Source: Candidatus Deferrimicrobiaceae bacterium (GTDB lineage Bacteria; Desulfobacterota; Deferrimicrobia; Deferrimicrobiales; Deferrimicrobiaceae). Taken from it: a stretch of 64,000 bases of DNA. Each line of letters opens with the position of its first letter. Position 1 is the first letter of the stretch. Positions 1 to 9,939 of the stretch are shown in pieces. Made by a program: the position numbers and the translations under genes. The notes under the pieces were generated by a model. The model saw only the letters and a list, made by a program, of their open reading frames with translations. It made no database searches and was not told the origin of the DNA. The DNA lies in NCBI GenBank assembly GCA_963792415.1, contig CAWBVY010000006.1, positions 800,001-864,000 on the forward strand, written 5' to 3'.

Positions 1-299
1 GACGCGCGCATCGTCTTCACGAGCTCGTAGGGCGCCTCGGCGTTCCGGGCATCCCCGGGCGCGATCCTCAATACCTCGGGCCCGTCCGCGCCGCCGCCGT
101 CGTGCGTGACCTCCGCGCCGAGAATCCCGAGAAGCTTCGAGAACGTGGCGATGTCCCGCAGCCGCGGCGCCCCGACGACTTCCACCGGCCCCTCCGCGAG
201 CAGCGACGCCGCCATGGCCGGCAGCACGGCGTTTTTCGCCCCGGAGACACGGCAGGTCCCTGAAAGCCGCCTGCCGCCCTTGATCACGAAGATTTCCAG
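1..299 (-). CDS. murA: UDP-N-acetylglucosamine 1-carboxyvinyltransferase, 5' part (runs off window); probable CTG start
   Basis: Not in the ORF track. Manual translation from CTG at 299 gives LEIFVIKGGRRLSGTCRVSGAKNAVLPAMAASLL...APYELVKTMRAS, with MurA motifs SGAKNA and MRAS. GGAG lies 8 nt upstream. Confidence 0.93.
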   Translation of the reverse strand, partial: MEIFVIKGGRRLSGTCRVSGAKNAVLPAMAASLLAEGPVEVVGAPRLRDIATFSKLLGILGAEVTHDGGGADGPEVLRIAPGDARNAEAPYELVKTMRA

Positions 300-1159
300 T
301 GTCGGCGCTCCTGTCCCGGTTTTTCCCAGCCGATGTACCGGTCCCGCCCCGCGAGGTCCGGAAAGATCCCCAGCGGCCTGAGGGAACCGCATGGCAGCGC
401 GGACGCCGCCTCCCCCTGCGAGGCGCCGATCTCGCACCAGAGCTCTCCGCCGGGCGACAGGAGCCCTGCGGCACCTGCGACCAGGGGCCGCAGGACCGAA
501 AGACCGTCCTCTCCGGCAAGAAGCGCCCCCTGCGGTTCGTGGTCGCGCACCTCGGCCGGCAGGAGAGGCCACTCCCCCTCGGCGACATACGGAGGATTCG
601 AGACCACTACAGCAAAACGGACCCCGCATTTCAAGGCGGAAAGCAGGTCGGTGCAGACGGGAAGGACACGGTCCGCCACGCCGTGGCGCGCCGCGTTCTC
701 GCGCGCCTTCCGCAGGGCGCCGGGCGATATGTCGGTGGCCACGACTCGGGCGGCGGAAACCTCCGCGGCAAGGGTCACCGCGATCGCCCCGCTCCCGGTC
801 CCCACGTCGAGCGCGAAGGGTCGCGCCGCCGGGGAACGTCGGAGGGCGGCCACCGCCCGTTCCGCGAGCCCCTCCGTCTCGGGCCGCGGGATGAGCGTGT
901 CGGGGGAGAGCAGGAACTCCCTTCCGAAGAAATCCCAGGCGCCGAGAACGTATTGCAGCGGCTCGCCGCGCCCGCGACGCGCGATCAACGGGAGCAGCCG
1001 CGCCGAAGCGTCGCCGACGTCGCCGTCCATCGAAAGAAAGAGTCGGCTCCGGGGGATCCCGGTGATCGCGGAAACGAGGATCTCCGCCTCGCCGGGGGCG
1101 GCGTCCCGTACGCCCTCCATCTCCCGACGGCAGATCGCGAGGAGTTCCGAGAGGAGCAC
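284..1159 (-). CDS. prmC: Release factor glutamine methyltransferase (HemK)
   Basis: EPLQY, TLIPRPETE, LDVGTGSG and SNPPY motifs; directly downstream of prfA. Confidence 0.96.
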   Translation of the reverse strand: MLLSELLAICRREMEGVRDAAPGEAEILVSAITGIPRSRLFLSMDGDVGDASARLLPLIARRGRGEPLQYVLGAWDFFGREFLLSPDTLIPRPETEGLAERAVAALRRSPAARPFALDVGTGSGAIAVTLAAEVSAARVVATDISPGALRKARENAARHGVADRVLPVCTDLLSALKCGVRFAVVVSNPPYVAEGEWPLLPAEVRDHEPQGALLAGEDGLSVLRPLVAGAAGLLSPGGELWCEIGASQGEAASALPCGSLRPLGIFPDLAGRDRYIGWEKPGQERRHWKSS

Positions 1160-2227
1160 TTAACCGGTTTTGCGGAGCGCCTCGACCTGGGCCTGCGACG
1201 TCAGGGCGTCGATGAAGGGGTCGAATCCGCCGTCGAGCACCGCGGAGAGCTGGTGCAACGTAAGGCCGATCCGGTGGTCGGTCACGCGATTCTGGGGGAA
1301 ATTGTAGGTGCGGATCCGCTCGCTGCGATCTCCGGTTCCCACCTGCGAGCGGCGCAGATCGGCCCGCTCGGACTGGCGTTTCGCCATCTCCGCGTCGTAG
1401 AGGCGCGAGCGGAGGATCTTCAGTGCCTTCGCCTTGTTCTTCAGCTGGGACTTCTCGTCCTGGCACTGGACGACGAGCCCCGTGGGAACGTGCGTGATGC
1501 GCACCGCGGAGTCGGTGGTGTTGACGCTCTGGCCTCCGGGACCGGAGGAGCGGAAGACGTCGACCCGGAGGTCGTCCGGCTGGATCTGGACGTCCACTTC
1601 TTCCGCCTCGGGCATCACCGCCACGGTCACCGTGGAGGTGTGGATCCGCCCCCCGGCCTCCGTCGCCGGCACACGCTGTACCCGGTGGACGCCGCTTTCG
1701 TACTTCAGGCGGCTGTACGCCCCTCGCCCCTCGATCATGGCGATCACTTCCTTCGTCCCCCCCAGCCCCGTCTCGCTGCGGGAGAGAATCTCTACCTTCC
1801 AGCGCTTGGAGTCGGCGTACATCCCGTAGGCCCGGAAGAGCTCCCCCGCGAAGGCGGACGCTTCGTCTCCCCCGGCGCCGGCGCGAATCTCGATGAGGAT
1901 GTTCTTTTCGTCGTTGGGGTCCTTCGGCACGAGCAGGGCGCGGATCTCCTCGGCGAGGCGACCCATTTCCGAGGTCAACCGGTCGATCTCCTCGCGGACC
2001 ATCGCCTTCATCGCGGGATCGGTCTCGCCGTCCTGGAGGGCACGGTTGTCGGAGAGCTCCTGCTCGATCTTCCTGTACCGCGCGTGGGCCGCCGCCACCG
2101 GGCGCAGGTCGGCGAGCTCCCGCCCGACCCGCTGCATCTCCCGCGGGTTCCCCGTGACCGACGGGTCCGACAGCAGCCGCTCCAGCTCCGGTATCCTCGC
2201 CACGACCGATTCCAGCTTATCCCACAA
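1160..2227 (-). CDS. prfA: Peptide chain release factor 1
   Basis: GGQ motif, [13 protein letters not shown] and RIRTYNFPQ; TTG start at 2227 after GGAGG. Confidence 0.97.
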   Translation of the reverse strand: MWDKLESVVARIPELERLLSDPSVTGNPREMQRVGRELADLRPVAAAHARYRKIEQELSDNRALQDGETDPAMKAMVREEIDRLTSEMGRLAEEIRALLVPKDPNDEKNILIEIRAGAGGDEASAFAGELFRAYGMYADSKRWKVEILSRSETGLGGTKEVIAMIEGRGAYSRLKYESGVHRVQRVPATEAGGRIHTSTVTVAVMPEAEEVDVQIQPDDLRVDVFRSSGPGGQSVNTTDSAVRITHVPTGLVVQCQDEKSQLKNKAKALKILRSRLYDAEMAKRQSERADLRRSQVGTGDRSERIRTYNFPQNRVTDHRIGLTLHQLSAVLDGGFDPFIDALTSQAQVEALRKTG

Positions 2228-3164
2228 GGGAGACCTCCAACCCCGGGGGCCCCGACACGCGCCGGAACGACGCGATCGCAACCTCGATCTGGGGCAGGTC
2301 CGGCTCCCGGGTGGTCAGCCGCTGCAGCCACAGCCCCGGAGCAACGAGCGCCCGGAACCAGGGAGACCGGGTCCTTTTCGCCGACATCCGCAGCACCTCG
2401 TAGGAGATCCCCGCGATCGCGGGGATCAGCGGGAGACGCAGGAGCGCCTTCGCCAGCAGGGAGCTCTCCCTCGGGATGAGGGAGAAGACGAGGATGCTGA
2501 TCACCATGACGAACAGGAGGAAGCTGGTGCCGCACCGCGGGTGCAGGCGCGGGTACTCCCCCACCGCTTCGGGCGAGAGATCCGCCTTTGCCTCGTAGGC
2601 ATTGATCACCTTGTGCTCCGCGCCGTGGTACTCGAAGATCCTCCGGATGTCCTTCATCCGCGTGATCCCGACGATGTACATGACGAAGACCAGCACCCGG
2701 ATCGCCCCGTCCGCGAGGTTGAAGGCGATCGACCCCCGGAGGGCGGGGACCAGGCCGGCCAGAAGATGGGTCGCGTACAGCGGGAGCAGGAAAAAGAGGC
2801 CGACACCCAGGAGGAGCGCCATCGCCATGGCGCCCGCCATGGCCAACCCCCCGGACTTCGGACTTGCCCCCGCGTCCTTCGCTTCGGCCGACGCGCCTTC
2901 CGCGTCCTCCATCGCCTCGTCCGCCGAGTATTGCAGGGCTCGGTACCCGATCGCCAGCATCGCCGCCATCGTCACCACACCGCGGACCACCGGAATCTTC
3001 GCGATCCGCTTCCTCGCGGCCGATTCCACGAGGGGGAAGTCCCGGACCCGGATCTCCCCGCTCGCCTTCCGCACCGCGACCGCGTACGCCAGCGGGCCCT
3101 TCATCATCACGCCCTCGATGACCGCCTGGCCGCCGAGAACGAGTTCCTTCGGTTCCCGGGGCAT
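2217..3164 (-). CDS. DUF1385 family membrane protein
   Basis: [26 protein letters not shown] and LQRLTTREP; ATG overlaps the thyX stop. Confidence 0.88.
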   Translation of the reverse strand: MPREPKELVLGGQAVIEGVMMKGPLAYAVAVRKASGEIRVRDFPLVESAARKRIAKIPVVRGVVTMAAMLAIGYRALQYSADEAMEDAEGASAEAKDAGASPKSGGLAMAGAMAMALLLGVGLFFLLPLYATHLLAGLVPALRGSIAFNLADGAIRVLVFVMYIVGITRMKDIRRIFEYHGAEHKVINAYEAKADLSPEAVGEYPRLHPRCGTSFLLFVMVISILVFSLIPRESSLLAKALLRLPLIPAIAGISYEVLRMSAKRTRSPWFRALVAPGLWLQRLTTREPDLPQIEVAIASFRRVSGPPGLEVSLVG

Positions 3165-3865
3165 CAGGCGCCGACCCCCTTCCCGAGGGCAGCGATCTCC
3201 CGGCGGACTTCCGACGGCTCGCCGCAGGTCATCTTCCCTTCCGGGCACCGGCCCCGGACGCAGCCGGGACCCGCCGTCTCGAACAGCAGCGGCGCCCGCT
3301 CCCTCGCGGCCGAGAGCATCCGTTTCGCCATCTCGCGGATCTCCCACTGCGCCCTGCGGCACGTGCGCAGGGAGAAGAAATGATGCAGTTCACGCGCGTT
3401 CATCGTGATCAGGATCTTCGTTTCCGTCGCGTTGGGAAGAGCGAAGCGCGCGTCCTCCGGCGGGACGCCGGCCTTCATCAATTTCGCGTAGAGACGGGAA
3501 CAGGCGGCCATGTGGCGCTCATACTCGACCAACAGGCCGGGGGAAGCCGCGACGGCCGGGGGAGTTACGTACCCGAACTTCGCGGCGACGTACCGCTGGC
3601 TCTGCTGGGAATACGAGGCGATGCGGTGGCGGACCAGCTGGTGCGAGGCGGCGCGGGAGATCCCCTCGACGCCGTAGGTGAGGGTCACGTGCTCGAGGAC
3701 GGAGGCATGCCCCATCGAGAGGACCCGGCGGATGAGATCCCTCGCGTCGCGCCGGGAGATCTCCTCCCGGAGTTCTCCGATCGACGCGGGAGAGTAGCAG
3801 AGCCGCGCCGCGAGCGCGACGACGCGCTCCGGGTCAGGCGTGCACGTGAGCAGCGAGACGTTCAC
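3164..3865 (-). CDS. thyX: FAD-dependent thymidylate synthase
   Basis: [34 protein letters not shown] and AQWEIR motifs. Confidence 0.96.
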   Translation of the reverse strand: MNVSLLTCTPDPERVVALAARLCYSPASIGELREEISRRDARDLIRRVLSMGHASVLEHVTLTYGVEGISRAASHQLVRHRIASYSQQSQRYVAAKFGYVTPPAVAASPGLLVEYERHMAACSRLYAKLMKAGVPPEDARFALPNATETKILITMNARELHHFFSLRTCRRAQWEIREMAKRMLSAARERAPLLFETAGPGCVRGRCPEGKMTCGEPSEVRREIAALGKGVGA

Positions 3866-3889
3866 GGCCGCAAGGGCCCCTCCGGGGCC

Positions 3890-4099
3890 CTATGCCTTCG
3901 CCCCCTTGCCGTACTTCTTCTCGAACTTCTCGATCCGTCCCGCGGTGTCGATCAGCTTCTGCTTGCCCGTGAAGAACGGGTGACAGTTGGAGCAGATGGC
4001 CACCTTGATCTCCTCCGAGAGCGACTTCGTCTCGAAGGTGTTCCCGCAGGCGCACTTCACGGTCGTGGTGACGTACTTCGGATGAATGTTTTCCCTCAT
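3890..4099 (-). CDS. rpmE: 50S ribosomal protein L31 (zinc-binding type)
   Basis: [22 protein letters not shown] motifs. Confidence 0.97.
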   Translation of the reverse strand: MRENIHPKYVTTTVKCACGNTFETKSLSEEIKVAICSNCHPFFTGKQKLIDTAGRIEKFEKKYGKGAKA

Positions 4100-4122
4100 C
4101 GTTCCGTTTCCTTTCCGCCGTT

Positions 4123-5370
4123 TCAGGCGTTCATCGATTCGATGAACTCCTTGTTCGTCTTGGTCTTGGAGATCTTGTCCAGGAGGAACTCCATGCTCTC
4201 CGCCGGCGACAGGGGGGAGAGGAACTTCCGCAGAATCCAGACCCGCTGGAGAAGGTTCTTCTCGAGGAGAAGCTCCTCCTTCCGCGTGCCGGACTTGTTG
4301 ATGTCGATGGCCGGGAAGATCCGCTTCTCTGCGATCTTCCGGTCCAGGACGAGCTCGTTGTTGCCGGTCCCCTTGAACTCCTCGAAGATCACCTCGTCCA
4401 TCCGGCTGCCGGTCTCGATGAGAGCCGTCGCGATGATGGTCAGCGACCCCCCTTCCTCGATGTTCCGGGCCGCCCCGAAGAACCGCTTCGGCTTCTGGAG
4501 GGCGTTGGCGTCTACGCCGCCGGAGAGGACCTTCCCCGACGGGGGGACGACGGCGTTGTAGGCCCGCGCCAGCCGCGTGATGCTGTCGAGCAGGATGACC
4601 ACGTCCTTCTTGTGCTCCACCAGGCGCTTCGCCTTCTCGAGGACCATCTCCGCCACCTGGACGTGGCGCTGCGCCGGCTCGTCGAACGTGGAGGAGATGA
4701 CTTCGCCTACGACGCTGCGCTGCATGTCGGTCACCTCCTCGGGGCGCTCGTCGATGAGCAGCACGATCAGGACCGCCTCGGGGTGGTTCTTGGTGAGGCC
4801 GTTCGCGATGTTCTGGAGGATGACCGTTTTCCCCGCCCGCGGCGGGGAGGTGATCAGCGCGCGCTGCCCCTTGCCGATCGGCGCGATCAGGTCGATGATC
4901 CGGGTGGCGTAGTTGTCGTGCACGTATTCCATCGTGAACTTTTCCTGGGGGTAGAGGGGCGTCAAGTTGTCGAAGAGGATCTTGTCCTTGCTGATTTCGG
5001 GATCTTCGTAGTTGACCTTCTCGACTTTCAGGAGGGCGAAGTACCGCTCGTCCCCCTTGGGCGCCCGGATCTGTCCGCTGACGGTGTCCCCCGTGCGCAG
5101 GCCGAAGCGGCGGATCTGGGAGGGGGAGACGTAGATGTCGTCGGGACCCGGGAGGTAGTTGGAGTCGGGGGCGCGGAGGAACCCGTAGCCGTCGGGGAGG
5201 ACCTCGAGGACCCCCTCTCCGGAGACGATCACCTCCTGATCGGTCTGGGACTGGAGGATGGCGAAGATGAGTTCCTGCTTTTTCAGGCCGGCGGCGCCGT
5301 CCACGTTCATCTTCCTGGCGATCTCGGTCAGATCGCCGATCCGCATTCCTTTCAACTCTTTCAGGTTCAT
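4123..5370 (-). CDS. rho: Transcription termination factor Rho
   Basis: [34 protein letters not shown] and FEEFKGTGN; start refined to MNLKELK. Confidence 0.98.
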   Translation of the reverse strand: MNLKELKGMRIGDLTEIARKMNVDGAAGLKKQELIFAILQSQTDQEVIVSGEGVLEVLPDGYGFLRAPDSNYLPGPDDIYVSPSQIRRFGLRTGDTVSGQIRAPKGDERYFALLKVEKVNYEDPEISKDKILFDNLTPLYPQEKFTMEYVHDNYATRIIDLIAPIGKGQRALITSPPRAGKTVILQNIANGLTKNHPEAVLIVLLIDERPEEVTDMQRSVVGEVISSTFDEPAQRHVQVAEMVLEKAKRLVEHKKDVVILLDSITRLARAYNAVVPPSGKVLSGGVDANALQKPKRFFGAARNIEEGGSLTIIATALIETGSRMDEVIFEEFKGTGNNELVLDRKIAEKRIFPAIDINKSGTRKEELLLEKNLLQRVWILRKFLSPLSPAESMEFLLDKISKTKTNKEFIESMNA

Positions 5371-5511
5371 GAACGCTCCCCCGGGAACATGGGTATTCTC
5401 GCGCGGCAAATGGAAACCACCGTCTTCAACGTGGTGGATAAACGCTCGGAAGGCACTCCAAAGGGCAGTGGGTTATCGCCGAATGTACGCTGATCTGGTC
5501 CGGAAGGTACA

Positions 5512-5540
5512 AGAGTACCTCAGCAACGCCCTCCCGTCAA
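5512..5540 (-). promoter_or_regulatory. Sigma70-type promoter of rho (TTGACG-N17-TACTCT)
   Basis: Near-consensus -35/-10 with a 17-nt spacer. It overlaps the pgeF stop and implies a leader of about 135 nt. Confidence 0.65.
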
Positions 5541-6265
5541 TCCCTGATGTAGAGAAAACTCAACTGCCGGGCGGTCGTCGATTTTTCTCGGCGGAAGGAG
5601 TGGAAACGAGGGGAGCAGATCGTGCAGGGCCCCGCCGCCCCCGTTTGTCCGGCGGGAATCCCGGCGCTCCGGAGCGCCTCGAGGGCGATCGCCTGCAGGT
5701 CGGCGGTCCACTTCCCCGACGCTTTCCCCTTCCTCAGGTGCTTCCCATCCCCCGGAAGGCCGCGGAGCGCCTCCGCCGTATCCCCCCCGACCTCGTAGCA
5801 GCATCCCCGCGCGCAGGGACCCGCGACGGCGACGATCCCCTCCACGGCGGCGTCCCCGAATCGCCCCGCAAGGGCGCGGACCGTTCCCTCGACGATCCCG
5901 GCGGCGAGCCCCCGCCACCCCGCGTGGACGGCCGCGGCGACGCGGATCTCCCGGTGGGCGAGAAGGATGGGGACGCAATCCGCCGTGTGGACCCCCACCC
6001 CGGTCCCGGGGCTCTCGGTCCAGAGGGCGTCTCCCTCCCGCTTCCACCCGCCGGGGACATCCCCGTCTCCCGGTTCGAAGAAAAGAACGGACGCCGAGTG
6101 AACCTGCTTCAGCGTCCCGACCGTTTCCGCGGCAATGGAGAAGACCTCCCGGAGCCGCTCGCGACGCCCCCGTCCCTCCACCGGATCCACGCCGAGGAAG
6201 GCGTGGTAGACCCCCGGCACGGAACGCAGCAGGGGGGACTGCTCGAAGTGCGGAAGGGGGTTCAT
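5537..6265 (-). CDS. pgeF: Peptidoglycan editing factor / purine nucleoside phosphorylase PgeF (YfiH)
   Basis: QVHS, TADCVPIL, HAGWRG, CYEVG and SFRRE motifs; follows rluD. Confidence 0.92.
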   Translation of the reverse strand: MNPLPHFEQSPLLRSVPGVYHAFLGVDPVEGRGRRERLREVFSIAAETVGTLKQVHSASVLFFEPGDGDVPGGWKREGDALWTESPGTGVGVHTADCVPILLAHREIRVAAAVHAGWRGLAAGIVEGTVRALAGRFGDAAVEGIVAVAGPCARGCCYEVGGDTAEALRGLPGDGKHLRKGKASGKWTADLQAIALEALRSAGIPAGQTGAAGPCTICSPRFHSFRREKSTTARQLSFLYIRD

Positions 6266-7218
6266 GGCGTGACGGCGGAGCGAAAAGCGGCGAACTCCGG
6301 CGGGTCGGGGATGGTGAAGGAGAGAAGTTCCCCGGTAACCGGGTGCGGAAACGCCAGGTGGAACGCGTGCAGGAGAAAGCGGGAAACGGTCACCGTCCCC
6401 GCGGACGCCCCCTTCCCGAGGGGGATCCTCCGCGACCTTCCGTACACGTCGTCCCCGACGATCGGACAGCCGAGGTGCGCGCAGTGCACCCGCACCTGGT
6501 GGGTGCGTCCCGTCTCCAGCCGGAATTCGAGAAGGGAGAAGGGGCCGAACGTTTCGAGCCTCCGGTAGCGGGTGACCGCCTCCCGCCCCCCCGCCGGCAG
6601 CACCGCCATCTTTTTCCGGTGGACAGGATGCCTCCCGATCCGCGTCGACACGGTCCCGGTGTCCGCAGGCGGGCCCCCGAAGACGATCCCATGGTATTTC
6701 CGGTCCATCGCGTGGGCCGCAAAACGGGCGGACAGCGTCCCGTGGGCGGCGTCGGTCCTCGCGACGACGAGAACTCCGGAGGTATCCCGGTCGAGCCGGT
6801 GGACGATCCCCGGGCGGGAAACCCCCCCGATCCCGGACAAGGTGTCGGAGCGGCCGAGAAGCGCGTTCACGAGGGTTCCGCGGGAGTGCCCCGGCGCGGG
6901 ATGAACCACCATGCCGGCAGGCTTGTCGACGACCAGCAGGTGGGCATCTTCATACAGCACGTGGAGGGGAAGATCCTCCGCCATCATGTCGAGCGGTACG
7001 GGCGGAGGGACGACGACGGTCATCGGTTCCCCGCCCTTCAGGCGGGTCGACGGACGCACGATTTCTCCCGCCAGCCGGACGTTCCCCTCCTCGATCAACC
7101 GCTGCCCGCGCGCCCGGGAAATCCCCGGGATCGCCTCGGAAAGGTACCGGTCGAGACGCTCCCCCGCCCGGTCGGCCGGAACGATCAGCCGGTGCGTCCC
7201 GCCCGGTTCGTCCGGCAC
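6262..7218 (-). CDS. rluD: RluA-family 23S rRNA pseudouridine synthase
   Basis: S4 domain (RLDRYL), KPAGMVVHP, HRLDRDTSG and TGRTHQVRVH; GTG start at 7218. Confidence 0.9.
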   Translation of the reverse strand: MPDEPGGTHRLIVPADRAGERLDRYLSEAIPGISRARGQRLIEEGNVRLAGEIVRPSTRLKGGEPMTVVVPPPVPLDMMAEDLPLHVLYEDAHLLVVDKPAGMVVHPAPGHSRGTLVNALLGRSDTLSGIGGVSRPGIVHRLDRDTSGVLVVARTDAAHGTLSARFAAHAMDRKYHGIVFGGPPADTGTVSTRIGRHPVHRKKMAVLPAGGREAVTRYRRLETFGPFSLLEFRLETGRTHQVRVHCAHLGCPIVGDDVYGRSRRIPLGKGASAGTVTVSRFLLHAFHLAFPHPVTGELLSFTIPDPPEFAAFRSAVTP

Positions 7219-7219
7219 G

Positions 7220-7486
7220 CTACCAGATCTTCGAGGGGATGTGGCCGGCCGGCTTGAACAGCACATCCACCAGGGCCTGGTCGAAATAATTCGTGCTCTT
7301 CGCGATCTCGGGATCGACGCGGCTCAGGTAGTAGCCTCGTCCCTCCACGATCTCCTCCTTCAGGAGATCGAACAGGGTGTCGTTCCGGACCCCTTCCTCG
7401 ACTTTCATCGCGTTGTACAGCGCAATGTCCGACACCACCGCCCGGGCAATCCGCCGGGCCACGTCCGTGTCCTTCACCACTCCCAT
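7220..7486 (-). CDS. Small conserved hypothetical protein (88 aa)
   Basis: GAGGAG RBS and operonic spacing; ARRIARAVVSDIALYN motif recalled from deltaproteobacterial proteins. Confidence 0.8.
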   Translation of the reverse strand: MGVVKDTDVARRIARAVVSDIALYNAMKVEEGVRNDTLFDLLKEEIVEGRGYYLSRVDPEIAKSTNYFDQALVDVLFKPAGHIPSKIW

Positions 7487-7520
7487 CGGCTCCTCCTCAG
7501 GAGACTATCGGATGGTCTCC

Positions 7521-8924
7521 TCACCTGCTTTTCAGCGCCACATATAGCTGAACACCCTCCCGGTAGACCAGGGCGAAGGACGGCCGCCCCCGGGAGAGTC
7601 GCGACACGGCCTTCCGGTACTCATCGAGGCCGCGAACCGTTTCCCGGTTGATGGAGAGAAGGATGTCCCCTTCCCGGACACCACCGTCCCACGCCGGGCT
7701 GGAGGTCTCGACGTACGTCACTTCGACGCCTCCGCGAAGCTCCATCTCCCGCAGCAGCTGCTTTGGCACGGGCCGCAAGGCCATCCCGAGGGGATCCACC
7801 GGCTCGCGGGGGGGCGGGCGTCTTGCCTCTGCCTGCTTCTCCGCCTCTTCGACCGTGACCGTCGCCGCCACACGCTTCCCCTCGCGGAGCACCTCGAGCG
7901 TCACCGGGGAACCGGGCGCCGTCCCAGCGACCAGCCGCTGGAACTCCTTCACCCCCGATACGCGGGTTTTTCCGAACGCGACGAGGATGTCTCCCATCCG
8001 GACCCCTCCCCGCTCGGCGGGGCTGCCGGGGACGATGCGGTTCACCAGGATCCCCTTTTCCCCCTTCGCTCCGAAGGCGTCCGCGAGCTCCGGGAGGAGG
8101 ACCTGGATTCCCAGGCCGAGCCACCCCCGCCGAACCGCCCCGTGTGCGACCAGGTCCTGCTCCACCGCCCGGACCGTGTTGATCGGGATGGCGAATCCGA
8201 GCCCCTGGCCCGCGGTCACCATCGCGGTGTTGATCCCGACGACTTCCCCCCGGGCGTTGAGGAGGGGTCCCCCCGAGTTTCCCGGGTTGATCGACGCGTC
8301 GGTCTGGATGAATTCGTCTCCCCCTTCGAGGTCCGGCTCCGCGCTGCGCCCGGTCGCGCTCACCACGCCGAGGGTCACCGTGCTCTCGAGGCCGAACGGG
8401 TTCCCCACCGCGATTGCGAACTCCCCGACCTTCAGGCGGGAGGAGTCGCCCAGCGTCGCCACCGGGAGTTTCCCGGACGGCTGGATCCGCAGCACGGCCA
8501 CGTCCGTCCGGACGTCCGCGCCGACCACCTTCGCCCGATGCTCGCTCCGATCCGAAAGACGGACCACGATCTCGTCCGCGTCGCGGATGACGTGCTCGTT
8601 GGTGACGATCAGCCCGTCCTCACCGATGATGACCCCCGACCCGAGGGAGTTCTCGCGAAATCCGCCGTTCTCCTCGAGCAGGTCCACGAGATACTCCGGC
8701 GGCCGGCCGTCCGGCGACCGCTCCGACACCGGCGTTCCGCGGGTGAAGCGGGTGACCGTGCGGATGTTGACCACCGCCGGGACGGACCGCTCCACGGCGG
8801 CGACGAGCGCCTGCTGGACCGCCGCGACGCTGGACGGCGCCGGCGCGCTCCCCTGCCCCCCGCCGGTGCATGCAGTGAAGACCGGGAGCAGGAGAAGGAC
8901 GGAGAGAACCACCTTCCCCTTCAT
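7521..8924 (-). CDS. HtrA/DegQ-family serine protease with two PDZ domains, predicted lipoprotein
   Basis: TNEHV, TDVAVL and IQTDASINPGNSGGPL; lipobox-like FTAC after a hydrophobic signal. Confidence 0.93.
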   Translation of the reverse strand: MKGKVVLSVLLLLPVFTACTGGGQGSAPAPSSVAAVQQALVAAVERSVPAVVNIRTVTRFTRGTPVSERSPDGRPPEYLVDLLEENGGFRENSLGSGVIIGEDGLIVTNEHVIRDADEIVVRLSDRSEHRAKVVGADVRTDVAVLRIQPSGKLPVATLGDSSRLKVGEFAIAVGNPFGLESTVTLGVVSATGRSAEPDLEGGDEFIQTDASINPGNSGGPLLNARGEVVGINTAMVTAGQGLGFAIPINTVRAVEQDLVAHGAVRRGWLGLGIQVLLPELADAFGAKGEKGILVNRIVPGSPAERGGVRMGDILVAFGKTRVSGVKEFQRLVAGTAPGSPVTLEVLREGKRVAATVTVEEAEKQAEARRPPPREPVDPLGMALRPVPKQLLREMELRGGVEVTYVETSSPAWDGGVREGDILLSINRETVRGLDEYRKAVSRLSRGRPSFALVYREGVQLYVALKSR

Positions 8925-9889
8925 AGGGAGTCGTCCGATTCCGGGTTTGTCGGCAGCTGCGCGGATCGCGCATACCCGACATCCTTCTCGATCTGGCGCA
9001 CCAGTTCCTCCGCGCTCTTGAACTTCCGCTCGTCACGAATGCGGTCCCGGAAGCGCACCGTCATATCCTGCCCGTAGAGATCCCCCTCGAAGTCGAGGAG
9101 GTGCGCCTCCACCCCGAGGGAGTTCTCCCCGAAGGTCGGGTTGAACCCGACGTTGGCCACCCCTCTCCGCACGATACCCCCTACGGCGGCGTCGATGACG
9201 TACACTCCCGGCAGCGGGAGGAGTTCCTGCACGAACTCGACGTTCGCCGTCGGAAACCCGAGCTTCCGTCCACGGGCGGCGCCGGGAATCACCTTGCCGG
9301 ACACCGCATACGGGCGGCAGAGCAGTTCCTCGGCCTCCCGCACCCGTCCCGACAGCAGGAGTTCCCGGATACGGCTGGAGCTCACGATCGCGCCCCCGCG
9401 CATGAGCGGCGGGACGACATCCACCTCGAATCCCAGCTCCCGCCCGATCCGGCGGAGCATCCCGGGAGACCCCGTCCGGTTCCTTCCGAAGGTGAAGTCG
9501 TACCCCACCGTGACGAAACGGGCGCGCAGCCGCTCATGGACGACCGTCCGGGCGAACTCCTCCGGTCCCATCCCCCCGATCGCCCCGGTGAACGATTCGA
9601 CGACCAGGAGATCGATCCCGAGCTTTTCCATCCTGGACGCCTTTTCCCCCAATGAGGTGATCTCGTAGAACCGCGCCCTGGGGGTGAAGAAACGGACCGG
9701 ATGCGGCGTGAAGGTGAGCGCGACGGCCTGGAGACGCAGATCCCGGGCATGCGCCACGGTCCGCCGCAGGAGCTCCCGATGGCCAAGGTGCACCCCGTCG
9801 AAATTCCCGATCGTCATGGAACTCTCCCCGGACGGGGAGAAGTTCCCGGATCCCTCGATGACATCCATTCGGCCCGACCGTCCCATCAT
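8921..9889 (-). CDS. ribF: Bifunctional riboflavin kinase / FAD synthetase
   Basis: GNFDGVHLGH, SSSRIR, GRKLGFPTAN and EAHLLDF; start may instead be 9868. Confidence 0.96.
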   Translation of the reverse strand: MMGRSGRMDVIEGSGNFSPSGESSMTIGNFDGVHLGHRELLRRTVAHARDLRLQAVALTFTPHPVRFFTPRARFYEITSLGEKASRMEKLGIDLLVVESFTGAIGGMGPEEFARTVVHERLRARFVTVGYDFTFGRNRTGSPGMLRRIGRELGFEVDVVPPLMRGGAIVSSSRIRELLLSGRVREAEELLCRPYAVSGKVIPGAARGRKLGFPTANVEFVQELLPLPGVYVIDAAVGGIVRRGVANVGFNPTFGENSLGVEAHLLDFEGDLYGQDMTVRFRDRIRDERKFKSAEELVRQIEKDVGYARSAQLPTNPESDDSL

Positions 9890-9939
9890 CCCGGTTCCGG
9901 GCTCCTCCGGCGGGGGATGATAAAGTATGATACTACACG

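Noticed and set aside
5490-5512. GGTCCGGAAGG resembling the SRP RNA core
   Set aside because: The flanking CAGG/AGCAG and the long stem are missing; it lies in the rho leader
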